A stretch of DNA of 64,000 nt from an uncultured Methylophaga sp. (lineage in GTDB: Bacteria > Pseudomonadota > Gammaproteobacteria > GCF-002020875): NCBI GenBank assembly GCA_937877715.1, contig CALEHW010000066.1, forward strand, positions 968-64,967. Direction: 5' to 3'. Of this stretch, positions 9,063-20,178 are shown piece by piece; positions within the stretch are counted from its first letter, which is position 1; every line of letters begins with the position of its first letter. The notes under the pieces were generated by a model. The model was not told where the DNA came from and did not search any database. It saw only the letters and a program-made list of their open reading frames with translations. Position numbers and translations under genes: made by a program.

Positions 9063-10346
9063 TTGGCACAATTCTTTGAACGGCACCAGGGTGGTGATCG
9101 CACCCTGTTGGTCCACTTGGATCTGCATGAGGCAAATCCCTACGAGGTGGTTGAGGAGTTTGAGCTGCTGGCAGACTCTGCCGGCGCGGAGATTGTGCGT
9201 ACCATCGTGGTCAGGCGCAACTCTATTGAGCCAAAATATTTCATCGGTAGCGGCAAGGCTGAGGAGATCCGGGAGCTGGTTGCTGCCGAGGATGTAGATG
9301 TGGTGATCTTCAACCACTCTCTGACTCCGGCTCAGGAGCGTAACCTGGAGCAACTTTTCCAGTGTCGAGTGCTGGATCGCACCACCCTGATTCTCGACAT
9401 TTTCGCTCAACGGGCCCGCTCTCATGAGGGTAAACTGCAGGTCGAGCTGGCTCAGCTGCGCCACCTTTCGACCCGCCTGATTCGTGGCTGGACCCATCTG
9501 GAGCGTCAGAAGGGTGGTATCGGTCTACGTGGGCCAGGTGAGACCCAGCTGGAGAGTGATCGCCGGATGATTTCCCTGCGCATTAAACAGATTACCAAGA
9601 AGTTGCAGAAGGTGGATGCGACCCGTGCCCTGGGACGACGCGCCAGAAAACGGGCCACAGTGCCCACAATCTCCCTGGTTGGATATACCAATGCCGGAAA
9701 ATCCACCCTCTTTAATAGGCTTGCCAATGAGAGCATATATGCGGCGGACCAGCTGTTTGCAACTCTCGACCCCACACTACGAAGTATCAAACTTCCGGGC
9801 GGGCCGGATGTAGTAATTGCGGATACGGTGGGATTTATTCGTGATCTGCCACACGATCTGGTCAAGGCCTTTCGTTCCACCCTGGTGGAGACCTGTGAGG
9901 CAGACCTTTTGCTGCATGTGATCGATACGGTTCATGATGATCGTCAGGATCATGTCTATCAGGTTAATGAGGTGTTATCGGAGATTGGTGCAGACCAAGT
10001 GCCGCAACTGGAGATCTATAACAAGATCGATCTTGCCGAATCGCTGGAGCCGCGGGTTGACCGTAATGCAGAGGGTGAGGCGGTAAGAGTATGGCTCTCT
10101 GCCAAGAGTGGTGAGGGGATCGATCTGCTGCTGGAGGTGTTGACTGAACGCTACTGTGGTGAGTCGGTGCAGGGGACAGTTTTTCTCCTCCCTCATGAGG
10201 GCAGGCTCCATGCAGAGCTCTACCGGGAGGGGGGGGTTGTCTCCGAGTCACTCCCTGAACAGGGGGGATGGAAGATGGAGGTTGAACTCCCACGCAAAAC
10301 ACTGGATCATCTACAGATTCTTGAGAGAATAACCACCAAAGGATAA
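9063..10346 (+). CDS. hflX: ribosome rescue GTPase HflX
   Basis: GPGETQLE, GYTNAGKST, DTVGF, NKID; follows hfq. Confidence 0.97.
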   Translation: MAQFFERHQGGDRTLLVHLDLHEANPYEVVEEFELLADSAGAEIVRTIVVRRNSIEPKYFIGSGKAEEIRELVAAEDVDVVIFNHSLTPAQERNLEQLFQCRVLDRTTLILDIFAQRARSHEGKLQVELAQLRHLSTRLIRGWTHLERQKGGIGLRGPGETQLESDRRMISLRIKQITKKLQKVDATRALGRRARKRATVPTISLVGYTNAGKSTLFNRLANESIYAADQLFATLDPTLRSIKLPGGPDVVIADTVGFIRDLPHDLVKAFRSTLVETCEADLLLHVIDTVHDDRQDHVYQVNEVLSEIGADQVPQLEIYNKIDLAESLEPRVDRNAEGEAVRVWLSAKSGEGIDLLLEVLTERYCGESVQGTVFLLPHEGRLHAELYREGGVVSESLPEQGGWKMEVELPRKTLDHLQILERITTKG

Positions 10347-10419
10347 TGGATGAAGGATCAAGTGACAGATAGTAGATCTGCAGCAACAGATGTGAGTGCC
10401 GCACTGAACCAGCCTTACC

Positions 10420-10485
10420 GGAGTCGGCCAGAGGCCGACCACCAGTCGGGGAGGAGTCGGTCAGAGGCCGACCACCAGCCAGGGA
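10420..10485 (+). repeat. tandem 2x33 bp direct repeat, each unit with a GTCGGYC-AGA-GGCCGAC hairpin
   Basis: ggagtcggccagaggccgaccaccagtcgggga / ggagtcggtcagaggccgaccaccagccaggga, 30/33 identical. Confidence 0.9.
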
Positions 10486-10493
10486 GGATGAAT

Positions 10494-11705
10494 ATGGGGT
10501 GGGACGATGACTCCGGTCGCAAACCCCCGTCGGGTAAGGATCCATGGGGCGGCAACAGGCAGCAGCCCCCTGATCTGGATGAGGTAGTGAAGAAGCTTCA
10601 GGGGTCCATCACCCAGATTTTCGGGGGTGGTAAAAAAGGTGGCGGCAGTTCGCGTGGGTCATCTGGTGGTGGCGGTAGTTCAATAGGAGTTGGTACTCTG
10701 ATTGGGGCAGTGATTGCAATCTGGCTGCTCTCCGGAATTTACATTATCGACCCTGCAGAGCGTGGAGTTGTACTCTTTTTTGGTAAATATAGTGAGAGCA
10801 CAATGCCGGGGCCACACTGGGCACCACCATATCCGATAGCAACTGTAGAGAAGGTCAATGTTGAGGAGATCCGTAATATCGAGATTGGATACCGCTCCCG
10901 TGGTGGCACCCAGTCAGTCGGTTCGGTGCCGCGTGAATCACTGATGTTGACCAAGGATGAGAATATCATCGATATCAAGTTTGCGGTGCAGTATCGGGTG
11001 AAGAGTGCCCAGGACTATCTCTTCAGTGTACTGAATCCGGACACCACCCTGCGTCAGGCGACAGAGAGTGCGGTGCGTGATGTGATCGGCAAGAGCAACA
11101 TGGATCATGTGCTGACCGAGGGGCGGGCAGATATCGCCTCTCGTGCCCGTGATCTGATTCAGGTTATCGCTGATCGTTACAACACCGGTCTGGAGGTTAC
11201 GACGGTAAATATGCAGGATGCCCAGCCACCAGATCAGGTGCAGGGGTCATTTGCGGATGTAGTCAAGGCACGTGAGGACAAACAGCGTCTGATCAATGAA
11301 TCTGAGGCCTATAGTAATGACATTATTCCCAGGGCTCGTGGTGCCTCGGCACGAATTTTGGCTGAGGCAGAGGCCTACCGTGCCCAGGTTATTGTGAAGG
11401 CAGATGGTGAGGCTTCTCGTTTCAACCAGATTCTTAATGAATACCAGAAGGCGCCTGAGGTTACACGCAAGAGGCTCTACGTAGACTCCATGGAGGCGGT
11501 ACTCTCCAGTACTAGCAAGGTGCTGGTCGATGTGGATGGAGGCAACAGCCTGCTCTACCTGCCACTGGACAAGATGGTGGGCGCCAATAGTGGCGGGGTC
11601 AGAACCATGACCCAGGGAGGTACCTCTGGTACTCCTGCTCCCGGTATATCACGTGGAGGCAGTTCATCCTCATCTATACGCTCAGAGCGCTCCAGAGGAA
11701 GATAA
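10494..11705 (+). CDS. hflK: FtsH protease modulator HflK
   Basis: MGW..DPWG..PPDLDE N-terminus, MLTKDENII, SPFH domain; ATG 10494 has GGAGG 6 nt upstream (ORF open from 10350). Confidence 0.95.
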   Translation: MGWDDDSGRKPPSGKDPWGGNRQQPPDLDEVVKKLQGSITQIFGGGKKGGGSSRGSSGGGGSSIGVGTLIGAVIAIWLLSGIYIIDPAERGVVLFFGKYSESTMPGPHWAPPYPIATVEKVNVEEIRNIEIGYRSRGGTQSVGSVPRESLMLTKDENIIDIKFAVQYRVKSAQDYLFSVLNPDTTLRQATESAVRDVIGKSNMDHVLTEGRADIASRARDLIQVIADRYNTGLEVTTVNMQDAQPPDQVQGSFADVVKAREDKQRLINESEAYSNDIIPRARGASARILAEAEAYRAQVIVKADGEASRFNQILNEYQKAPEVTRKRLYVDSMEAVLSSTSKVLVDVDGGNSLLYLPLDKMVGANSGGVRTMTQGGTSGTPAPGISRGGSSSSSIRSERSRGR

Positions 11706-11707
11706 TC

Positions 11708-12574
11708 ATGAAAGGAATTAAAATAGTTACAGGGCTGGTTGTTGTTGTGCTGGTCGTGCTCTCGATGTCTGCCTTTATCGTGGATGAGCGCGAGCTAGCG
11801 ATCAAGTTCAGATTGGGACAGATTGCGGAGACGGAATATGCTCCAGGACTCCATTTTCAGATCCCGATTGTCAATAATATACGCAAGTTCGACAAACGCA
11901 TTCAGACGCTGGATGCTGATCCGGAGCGTTATTTGACGGCCGAAAAGAAGAATGTTCAGGTTGATTCATTTGTAAAGTGGCGCATTGTCGATATCGAGAC
12001 CTTCTTCAAGTCGGTTGGCGGTGATTTCTGGGTTGCCAATCAGCGCCTATCACAGGTGGTCAAGGATGGTTTGCGAGGAGAGTTTGGTAAACGTTCGGTA
12101 CAGGAGGTTATCAGCGGTGAGCGTGACGAGATCATGGCGGCCATTACTGAAAGTGCCGGAATTCAGGCCAAAGCCTTTGGGATCGAGGTGGTCGATGTCA
12201 GAATCAAGAGAGTCGATCTGCCACAAGAGGTGAGTAACTCGGTGTTCCGTCGTATGGAGGCGGAGCGTGATCGAATTGCCAAGGAGTTCCGTTCCGAGGG
12301 GTCAGAGGCTGCGGAGAGAATCCGTGCAGAGGCTGACCGTCAACGTACGGTCATTATTGCCGAGGCCAACCAGAAGGCTGAGAAAATGCGTGGTGAGGGA
12401 GATGCCAAGGCGACGGAGACCTATGCTGATGCCTACAATAGGGATCCGGAGTTCTATGCCTTCTATCGTAGCCTTGGGGCATATGAGAACACCTTCAATA
12501 GTAGAGATGATCTGCTGGTGGTTGAGCCTGATAGTGAGTTCTTCCAGTATTTTACCGGGAAGGTTGACAAATAA
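11708..12574 (+). CDS. hflC: FtsH protease modulator HflC
   Basis: N-terminal TM, VDSFVKWRI, RMEAER, DPEFYAFYRSL. Confidence 0.96.
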   Translation: MKGIKIVTGLVVVVLVVLSMSAFIVDERELAIKFRLGQIAETEYAPGLHFQIPIVNNIRKFDKRIQTLDADPERYLTAEKKNVQVDSFVKWRIVDIETFFKSVGGDFWVANQRLSQVVKDGLRGEFGKRSVQEVISGERDEIMAAITESAGIQAKAFGIEVVDVRIKRVDLPQEVSNSVFRRMEAERDRIAKEFRSEGSEAAERIRAEADRQRTVIIAEANQKAEKMRGEGDAKATETYADAYNRDPEFYAFYRSLGAYENTFNSRDDLLVVEPDSEFFQYFTGKVDK

Positions 12575-12579
12575 CGGCC

Positions 12580-12774
12580 GTGGCCTGGAGCGATCTGTTT
12601 GCCGCGCTGGCTCTGGTACTGGTTATTGAGGGGCTGTTGCCAGCACTCAATCCACGGGGCTGGAGAGATACCATGTCGCGACTTGCCGGGATGGAGAGCA
12701 GGCAGTTGAGAAGGATGGGGTTGATCAGTATGGTGGCTGGTGCCAGCATACTCTATTTTGTGAGAATGGTATGA
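12580..12774 (+). CDS. DUF2065 (YjeT-like) small membrane protein
   Basis: ALALVLVIEGLLP..P..WR, QLRRMG; conserved position after hflC. Confidence 0.88.
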   Translation: MAWSDLFAALALVLVIEGLLPALNPRGWRDTMSRLAGMESRQLRRMGLISMVAGASILYFVRMV

Positions 12775-13994
12775 AATCACAGAACAAACTGTTGCAACAG
12801 TCGCTAGAGCGCTGGAGGCTTCCGGATGGCATCGAGGAGTTGCTGCCGGCTGATGTGGTAAAGATTGAGTCGCTGCGTCGCCAGGTGCTGGATCTGTTTC
12901 ACAGCTGGGGTTACGAGACGGTGATCCCGCCACTTATCGAGTACCTGGAGTCACTGCTTACAGGTACCGGCAACGATCTCGACCTGCAGACTTTCAAACT
13001 GACCGATCAGCTGAGTGGAAGGATGATGGGGGTGCGTGCAGACATGACCCCACAGGTTGCACGGATTGATGCTCATCGTCTTGATCGTGAGAGGCCGACT
13101 CGGCTCTGCTATCTGGGTTCAGTGTTACAGACCCGTCCCGAGATCTCGGGAGCAACCCGCAGCCCGATCCAGGTGGGTGCTGAGCTCTATGGCCACGGGG
13201 GGGTTGAGAGTGATCTGGAGGTGGTGCGGCTGATGCTGGAGATGCTCAAACTCTCCGGTCTTGATTCAGTGGTGCTTGATCTTGGCCATGTTGGAATTTA
13301 TCGGGAGCTTGTTGCGCAGGCGGAACTTGCGGATGAGCAGCAGGCTCTGCTGTTTGATGCGTTACAGCGCAAGGCCTCTGCCGAGGTCATGGAGATTGCA
13401 GGCAGTATAATTGATGATGAGCTGCTGAGAGGCCAAATCATTGCGCTCAAGGATCTCAATGGTGGGACGGAGGTGCTGGAAGAGGCACGAACCCTCTTTA
13501 CCGCTGCGGGTCGTCGAGAGCCGAGCCCAGCTATCGAGGAGGCTCTTGAGAGCCTAAGGCAGATTGCCGAGTGCGCCTCCCAACAGCAGTGGGGGGTGGA
13601 GCTTCACTTCGATCTGGCAGAGTTGCGTGGATATGGTTACCACACCGGGATTGTATTTGCGGCATATACTGCAGGAAAGGGGGAGGCGGTTGCCCAGGGT
13701 GGGCGCTACGATAATGTTGGCGCGGTCTTTGGACGGGCACGCCCGGCAACCGGATTCAGTGCGGATATCAAGAATCTCGTTGCATTGGACGGAGAGCGGA
13801 ACTATCCTCCATCAGCGATTTTTGCGCCACATAGTGAGAAGTCCTCGCTTCATAACGAAATTGAGAGGTTGCGTAGCACGGGTGAGCGAGTAGTTGTTGA
13901 GCTGCCCGGGCAGAGCGAGGGTGCTGTAGAGATGGGATGCGACCGCCAGCTGGTGCTGAGTGGCGACAGCTGGAGCGTGGAACCGGTCAGCTAG
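12771..13994 (+). CDS. hisZ: ATP phosphoribosyltransferase regulatory subunit
   Basis: WRLPDGIEELLP, RADMTPQVARID, GGRYD, RPATGFS; precedes purA. Confidence 0.95.
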   Translation: MKSQNKLLQQSLERWRLPDGIEELLPADVVKIESLRRQVLDLFHSWGYETVIPPLIEYLESLLTGTGNDLDLQTFKLTDQLSGRMMGVRADMTPQVARIDAHRLDRERPTRLCYLGSVLQTRPEISGATRSPIQVGAELYGHGGVESDLEVVRLMLEMLKLSGLDSVVLDLGHVGIYRELVAQAELADEQQALLFDALQRKASAEVMEIAGSIIDDELLRGQIIALKDLNGGTEVLEEARTLFTAAGRREPSPAIEEALESLRQIAECASQQQWGVELHFDLAELRGYGYHTGIVFAAYTAGKGEAVAQGGRYDNVGAVFGRARPATGFSADIKNLVALDGERNYPPSAIFAPHSEKSSLHNEIERLRSTGERVVVELPGQSEGAVEMGCDRQLVLSGDSWSVEPVS

Positions 13995-14030
13995 TTTTAG
14001 ATATTGTGTTGAACTATTTTTGAATATTAA

Positions 14031-15359
<1,329 letters not shown>

Positions 15360-15372
15360 GCCCAATCCTCAC

Positions 15373-15840
15373 CTACTTGATGGATAGATATTCCAGCACC
15401 TCTGGTGGAGGGGTTGGCGCGCGCCTTGTTATCTCCCCGCTCTCATCAACAGTGACCCAGGTTGAGGGCTCCTCAACATCATAATCGTAGGCAATATTCT
15501 CATCGTGGTCGGCATATACCGGAAGCAGATTGATAAAGTACTGGCGCCCCAGTTCATAGGCGGCAAAATTATCCTCGGTCATAACGATACCAACCATATT
15601 GAGGCTCTTTCGCTTCCTGTTCATCTCCCTGATATTGCTCCAGCAGCTCTCACAATCCATGGCGAAAAAGTATAGATATACACGCTGCTCCTGCAGGTTG
15701 GCCATGACAACTGGTGCGGCTGAGGTTACCAGGATTCCCTCCAGCTCCGGGGCCAAGACAGCCTCACCACTGTCACCCTGATCACCGGAACAGCCCACCA
15801 ACAAGAGTAGAAGAGAGATAGTAAGAGTTATGCGAGTCAT
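15373..15840 (-). CDS. thioredoxin-fold lipoprotein (TlpA-like)
   Basis: Lipobox LVGC after hydrophobic stretch; YLYFFAMDCESC CxxC motif; start at ATG 15840 because the longer ORF overlaps the tRNA. Confidence 0.65.
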   Translation of the reverse strand: MTRITLTISLLLLLVGCSGDQGDSGEAVLAPELEGILVTSAAPVVMANLQEQRVYLYFFAMDCESCWSNIREMNRKRKSLNMVGIVMTEDNFAAYELGRQYFINLLPVYADHDENIAYDYDVEEPSTWVTVDESGEITRRAPTPPPEVLEYLSIK

Positions 15841-15907
15841 GAATTTCCCCCTGAAAAAAGAGCAATGGCGTAAGATACCGCACATTGAAAAGAAAAAGGA
15901 GAAAATG

Positions 15908-15994
15908 TGGTGCCTGGGAGAGGACTTGAACCTCCACTGGGTTGCCCCAACTAGCACCTGAAGCTAGCGCGTCTACCAATTCCGCCACCCAGGC
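15908..15994 (-). tRNA. tRNA-Leu (CAG)
   Basis: GCCTGGGTGGCGGAATTGGTAGACGCGCTAGCTTCAGGTGCTAG...GGTTCAAGTCCTCTCCCAGGCACCA; long variable arm, encoded CCA. Confidence 0.97.
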
Positions 15995-16025
15995 AATGTG
16001 TGGAATTTCCTGTAGCAGGAAATGA

Positions 16026-16060
16026 GCGCGCACTTTACCGACCCGGTGGGTCGGTGTCAA
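16026..16060 (-). promoter_or_regulatory. sigma70 promoter of tRNA-Leu with GC-rich discriminator
   Basis: TTGACA-17 nt-TAAAGT-GCGCGC on minus strand. Confidence 0.75.
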
Positions 16061-16092
16061 TAACCATAGTAAAAAACTAGAGTAGAGAACAA

Positions 16093-18510
16093 TTGAAAGA
16101 AGAGAATAGTAGAGTTTATGCAGTTCCTGTTGCGGAACGGCGCGAGATCATGGAAGTATTGGAGAGTGGTAGCGCCCCCCAGTCACTACGTTATCTGATC
16201 GACCATTTCGGGTATGAGGATGAGGAGCGTCAGGAGGGGTTGCGCCGTCGTCTGATTGCAATGTCACGGGATGGAGAGATCGCCAAAAACAGGCGTGGTG
16301 GATATGGCCTGATTGAAAGGATGGATCTGGTGCGTGGACGAGTACAGGGACATCCTGATGGTTTCGGTTTCCTGATTCCTGATGAGGGTGGTGAGGACGT
16401 TTTTCTCCATGCCAAACAGATGCGTTCGGTGATGCATGGAGATCGTCTGCTGGTTTCCATTGTTGGGGTGAACCGCCGTGGCAAGAGGGAGGGGCAGGTC
16501 GTCAAGGTTCTGGAGCGCGGGGTGCAACAGGTTGTTGGCCGCTATTTTCTTGAGCGTGGTGTAGGTACGGTTGTTCCCAGCAACAAACATATTACTCACG
16601 ATATCCTGATTCCATCAGAGCTGCGGGCAGGTGCAAAAGACAATCAGATTGTACTGGTTGAGCTGATTGAGCAGCCCTCCAAACGGAGCGCCCCTATCGG
16701 CCGCGTGGTTGAGGTATTGGGTGACCATATGGCCCCCGGGATGGAGATTGATATTGCCATCCGGGCATTCGAGATCCCCCATGTCTGGCCCGATGCAGTG
16801 GAGCGTCAGGCGGCTTCGATTTCGGTAGAGGTTACCGATAAAGCCAAAAAGGGACGTAAGGATTTTCGCAATACTCCTCTGCTGACCATTGATGGCGAGG
16901 ATGCCCGAGATTTTGATGATGCAGTCTACTGTAGTCGCACCGCCAAGGGGTGGCGTCTGCTGGTTGCCATTGCTGATGTGTCTCACTATGTTGAGACAGA
17001 TAGTCCGCTTGATCGCGAGGCTATTGTGCGCGGGAACTCAGTCTATTTCCCTGGCCATGTGGTGCCGATGTTGCCGGAGTCGCTCTCCAATGGACTCTGC
17101 TCACTCAACCCCGATGTGGATCGGCTCTGTATGGTCTGTGAGATGCAGATCAACGAGCAGGGACAGGTTACCCGTTCCCGTTTTCATCGTGGGGTAATGC
17201 GTTCCGCAGCACGGATGATTTACAACCAGGTCGGCCAGGCGCTGGATGGAAAGAGCAAATCACTGCCAGATATCTACCGCAAATACCTGCCACAACTTCA
17301 GGAGCTTCATACGCTATACAAGGTACTCAGACAGGCACGTAGTGTCCGTGGGGCAATAGATTTCGATACTGTGGAGACTCAGATTGTCTTTGGTGATGAC
17401 AAAAAGATTGAGCGCATTGTGCCGACTATCCGCAATGATGCTCACAAGATGATTGAGGAGTTCATGATTGCCGCCAATGTCTCGACTGCTCGTTATCTGA
17501 AACGTAACAAGATTCCGACCCTCTACCGCATTCATGAGCAGCCGGCAGCGGATCGGCTGGATGAGGTGCGTCTATTCCTCAGGGAGTTTGGGCTGACTCT
17601 GGCAGGTGGTGACCGTCCGCAGCCGGGTGACTATGCGCTGGTGCTTGATTTGGCCCGTGACCGCCCCGAGTTCAATCTTATCCAGACTGTGCTGTTGAGA
17701 AGCCTGAATCGTGCGGTCTACTCTCCGGAGGGTGTGGGCCACTTTGGTCTGGCACATGATGACTATGCCCACTTCACCTCCCCAATTCGCCGCTATCCGG
17801 ATCTGCTGGTCCATCGTGCCATTGGCCATCTGCTCGGTACTGGAGTGATCAGGTCGGCAATGAAAAAGGGGGCTGGAAACTTTCACTACAGCAAGGGGGA
17901 TATGGTTCGACTCGGAGAGCAGTGCTCGACCAATGAACGGCGGGCCGATGATGCAACCCGGGATGCGACCGACTGGCTGAAGTGTGAATACATGATGGAT
18001 CACGTTGGTGATGAGTTCAGTGGAGTGGTAAGCGGGGTCACCGGTTTTGGACTATTCGTAACACTAGACGATATCTTTGTCGATGGACTGATCCATATCA
18101 CTGCATTGCAGAATGACTACTACCATTTTGACCCAGTGCGTCATCAATTGACCGGTGAGCAGGGCGGGCGCAGGTTCCGACTGGGAGATACCATTCGGGT
18201 ACAGGTGGCACGAGTGGACCTGGATGAGCGCAAGATCGATTTTCTCCATCTGGAGAAAAAGAGCACTGCACCGAAAGGGAAGAGTCGGCGCAAGAGCAGT
18301 GGTGAAAGCAGAGGTAAAGGCAGTAAGGGGAAGAGGCAGAAGAGAGAGGTGGCAACAAAAAAGGTTGCAAAGAAAAAAGCCCCGCAGAAAAAAACTGCCA
18401 AGATAAATATCACCAAGAAAAAAGCGGCAGACAAGAAGAGAGGCGGCGGAAAGATGAGCGAGGGCGGTAAAAACAGACGATCAACAAAGAGATCATCGGG
18501 AAAGAGTTAG
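16093..18510 (+). CDS. rnr: ribonuclease R
   Basis: GHPDGFGF, TIDGEDARDFDDA, HFTSPIRRYPD, S1 domain, Lys-rich tail. Confidence 0.97.
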   Translation: MKEENSRVYAVPVAERREIMEVLESGSAPQSLRYLIDHFGYEDEERQEGLRRRLIAMSRDGEIAKNRRGGYGLIERMDLVRGRVQGHPDGFGFLIPDEGGEDVFLHAKQMRSVMHGDRLLVSIVGVNRRGKREGQVVKVLERGVQQVVGRYFLERGVGTVVPSNKHITHDILIPSELRAGAKDNQIVLVELIEQPSKRSAPIGRVVEVLGDHMAPGMEIDIAIRAFEIPHVWPDAVERQAASISVEVTDKAKKGRKDFRNTPLLTIDGEDARDFDDAVYCSRTAKGWRLLVAIADVSHYVETDSPLDREAIVRGNSVYFPGHVVPMLPESLSNGLCSLNPDVDRLCMVCEMQINEQGQVTRSRFHRGVMRSAARMIYNQVGQALDGKSKSLPDIYRKYLPQLQELHTLYKVLRQARSVRGAIDFDTVETQIVFGDDKKIERIVPTIRNDAHKMIEEFMIAANVSTARYLKRNKIPTLYRIHEQPAADRLDEVRLFLREFGLTLAGGDRPQPGDYALVLDLARDRPEFNLIQTVLLRSLNRAVYSPEGVGHFGLAHDDYAHFTSPIRRYPDLLVHRAIGHLLGTGVIRSAMKKGAGNFHYSKGDMVRLGEQCSTNERRADDATRDATDWLKCEYMMDHVGDEFSGVVSGVTGFGLFVTLDDIFVDGLIHITALQNDYYHFDPVRHQLTGEQGGRRFRLGDTIRVQVARVDLDERKIDFLHLEKKSTAPKGKSRRKSSGESRGKGSKGKRQKREVATKKVAKKKAPQKKTAKINITKKKAADKKRGGGKMSEGGKNRRSTKRSSGKS

Positions 18511-18512
18511 TC

Positions 18513-19253
18513 ATGGGGCAAATTTTTGGCATTCATGCGATTCGTGGCTGGCTCAAGTCCGGGCAGCCACAATCTGATGACAGCCTGTTGGTTGATGAGC
18601 GTCGTCACGACAAAAAAGTTCAGGAGCTATTGCGACAGGCAAAATGGCAAGGGATTTCAGTTCGCAAGGTCTCTAAAAAAGAGCTGGACCGGATCACTGG
18701 AGGGGCAGTCCATCAAGGGGTGGTTGCTGAACCAACTAGCGGAATAGAGCAGAGAGTTTATGATGAGAACTGGTTGGAGGAGATGCTGGACCAGCTATCT
18801 CAGGCACCATTTCTGCTGGTTCTCGATGGGGTAACCGACCCGCATAATCTGGGAGCCTGCCTGAGAAGTGCTGAGGCAGCAGGAGTCCATGCGGTAGTGG
18901 TGCCAAAAGATCGTTCAGCAGGTATTACCCCTGTGGTACGCAAGGTCTCGTCTGGGGCGGTAGAATCGCTGCCGTTTGTAATGGTTACCAATCTCTCACG
19001 CATGTTGAAGAGTCTGGCTGACAGGGGTCTCTGGATTGTTGGGGCGGCAGGAGAGGCCACCGACTCTCTCTACAAAGCCGACTTGAGCGGCCCCCTAGCG
19101 CTGGTAATGGGAGCTGAGGGGGGAGGGATGAGACGTCTGACCAAGGAGAACTGTAGTCAGCTGGTGAAGATTCCAATGGCTGGTGAGGTGAGCAGTCTGA
19201 ATGTTTCGGTAGCCTCGGGGGTTGCGTTGTTTGAGGCGGTAAGACAGCGTTGA
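18513..19253 (+). CDS. rlmB: 23S rRNA Gm2251 methyltransferase
   Basis: HQGV, LDGVTDPHNLGACLRSA, GAEGGGMRRL, SSLNVSVA. Confidence 0.96.
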   Translation: MGQIFGIHAIRGWLKSGQPQSDDSLLVDERRHDKKVQELLRQAKWQGISVRKVSKKELDRITGGAVHQGVVAEPTSGIEQRVYDENWLEEMLDQLSQAPFLLVLDGVTDPHNLGACLRSAEAAGVHAVVVPKDRSAGITPVVRKVSSGAVESLPFVMVTNLSRMLKSLADRGLWIVGAAGEATDSLYKADLSGPLALVMGAEGGGMRRLTKENCSQLVKIPMAGEVSSLNVSVASGVALFEAVRQR

Positions 19254-19317
19254 TTATAAGTTGGGGTACCAGTATAATTTGCGCTCCGAATCGTCAGGGA
19301 CAGTGTTGCTGGCGATT

Positions 19318-19376
19318 CCTCCTTGCCTGCGTATGAGTTTAATAACCTCATATCAGGCTATCAATCCATAAGGGGA
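19318..19376 (+). promoter_or_regulatory. rpsF leader (S6:S18-binding r-protein leader RNA)
   Basis: CCTTGCCTG...CAGGCT...AATCCATAAGG with inner TATGAG/CTCATA stem matches the gammaproteobacterial rpsF leader layout; TATAAT at 19273-19278. Confidence 0.7.
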
Positions 19377-19385
19377 TATTGAAGA

Positions 19386-19853
19386 ATGAGACATTACGAA
19401 ATCGTATTTATGGTCCATCCGGATCAGAGTGACCAGGTGGAGACGATGGTGGAACGCTATCGCTCTGTCATTGAGGGTGATGGCGGCAAGATTCACCGTC
19501 TTGAGGATTGGGGACGCCGTCAGCTGGCATACTCCATCAACAAGATTCACAAGGCCCACTATGTGCTAATGAATGTGGAGTGCACAACTGCCGCACTGGA
19601 TGAGTTGTCTGGCCTGTTCAAGTTCAATGATGCTGTTATCCGCAGCCAGGTACTATCCATGAAGGGTGTTCCAGAGGGGCAATCTGCAATGATGACTGCC
19701 AAGGAGAAGGAGTCAAGCCGCAAGGATCGTCCGGAGAGACGTCGTGAGCGTGATTCTGCTGCCGATGGTGGAGACAAAAAAGCAGAGAGCGAGACCGCCG
19801 CAACTGAGCCTAAAACAGAGGCCGCGGCTGAGACAGAGGCCGCTGAGGCCTGA
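19386..19853 (+). CDS. rpsF: 30S ribosomal protein S6
   Basis: [25 protein letters not shown]. Confidence 0.98.
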   Translation: MRHYEIVFMVHPDQSDQVETMVERYRSVIEGDGGKIHRLEDWGRRQLAYSINKIHKAHYVLMNVECTTAALDELSGLFKFNDAVIRSQVLSMKGVPEGQSAMMTAKEKESSRKDRPERRRERDSAADGGDKKAESETAATEPKTEAAAETEAAEA

Positions 19854-19889
19854 GTAACCATTAATACCGATAAGTGAGATTTAAATAAA

Positions 19890-20120
19890 ATGGCACGTTA
19901 TTTTCGTAGAAGAAAGTTTTGTCGATTCAGCATGAAAGATGCACCAGCAATCGATTACAAGGATATTGATCTGCTGAAGGAGTTCATCTCCGAGACCGGG
20001 GCAATCATCCCATCAAGAATTACTGGAACCAAGTCACGTTACCAGCGTCAGTTGGCAACAGAGATCAAGCGCGCACGCTTCTTGGCGTTGTTGCCATACT
20101 CTGACGCCCACGACCGCTAA
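19890..20120 (+). CDS. rpsR: 30S ribosomal protein S18
   Basis: [30 protein letters not shown]. Confidence 0.98.
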   Translation: MARYFRRRKFCRFSMKDAPAIDYKDIDLLKEFISETGAIIPSRITGTKSRYQRQLATEIKRARFLALLPYSDAHDR

Positions 20121-20178
20121 TAATCCAAGTTGCCGTTGTACGCCTAAATTATTACCTTTACGATAACCGCATTCTCTA

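Noticed and set aside
10420-10485. 33 bp palindromic repeats as a mini CRISPR array
   Set aside because: Units are directly adjacent with no spacer, only two copies, and no cas genes in the window.
18260-18510. Lys/Arg-rich low-complexity segment at the end of rnr
   Set aside because: A basic C-terminal tail is a normal RNase R feature.
19854-19889. Absence of priB between rpsF and rpsR
   Set aside because: The rpsF-rpsR-DUF2232-rplI-dnaB arrangement is common outside enterobacteria.
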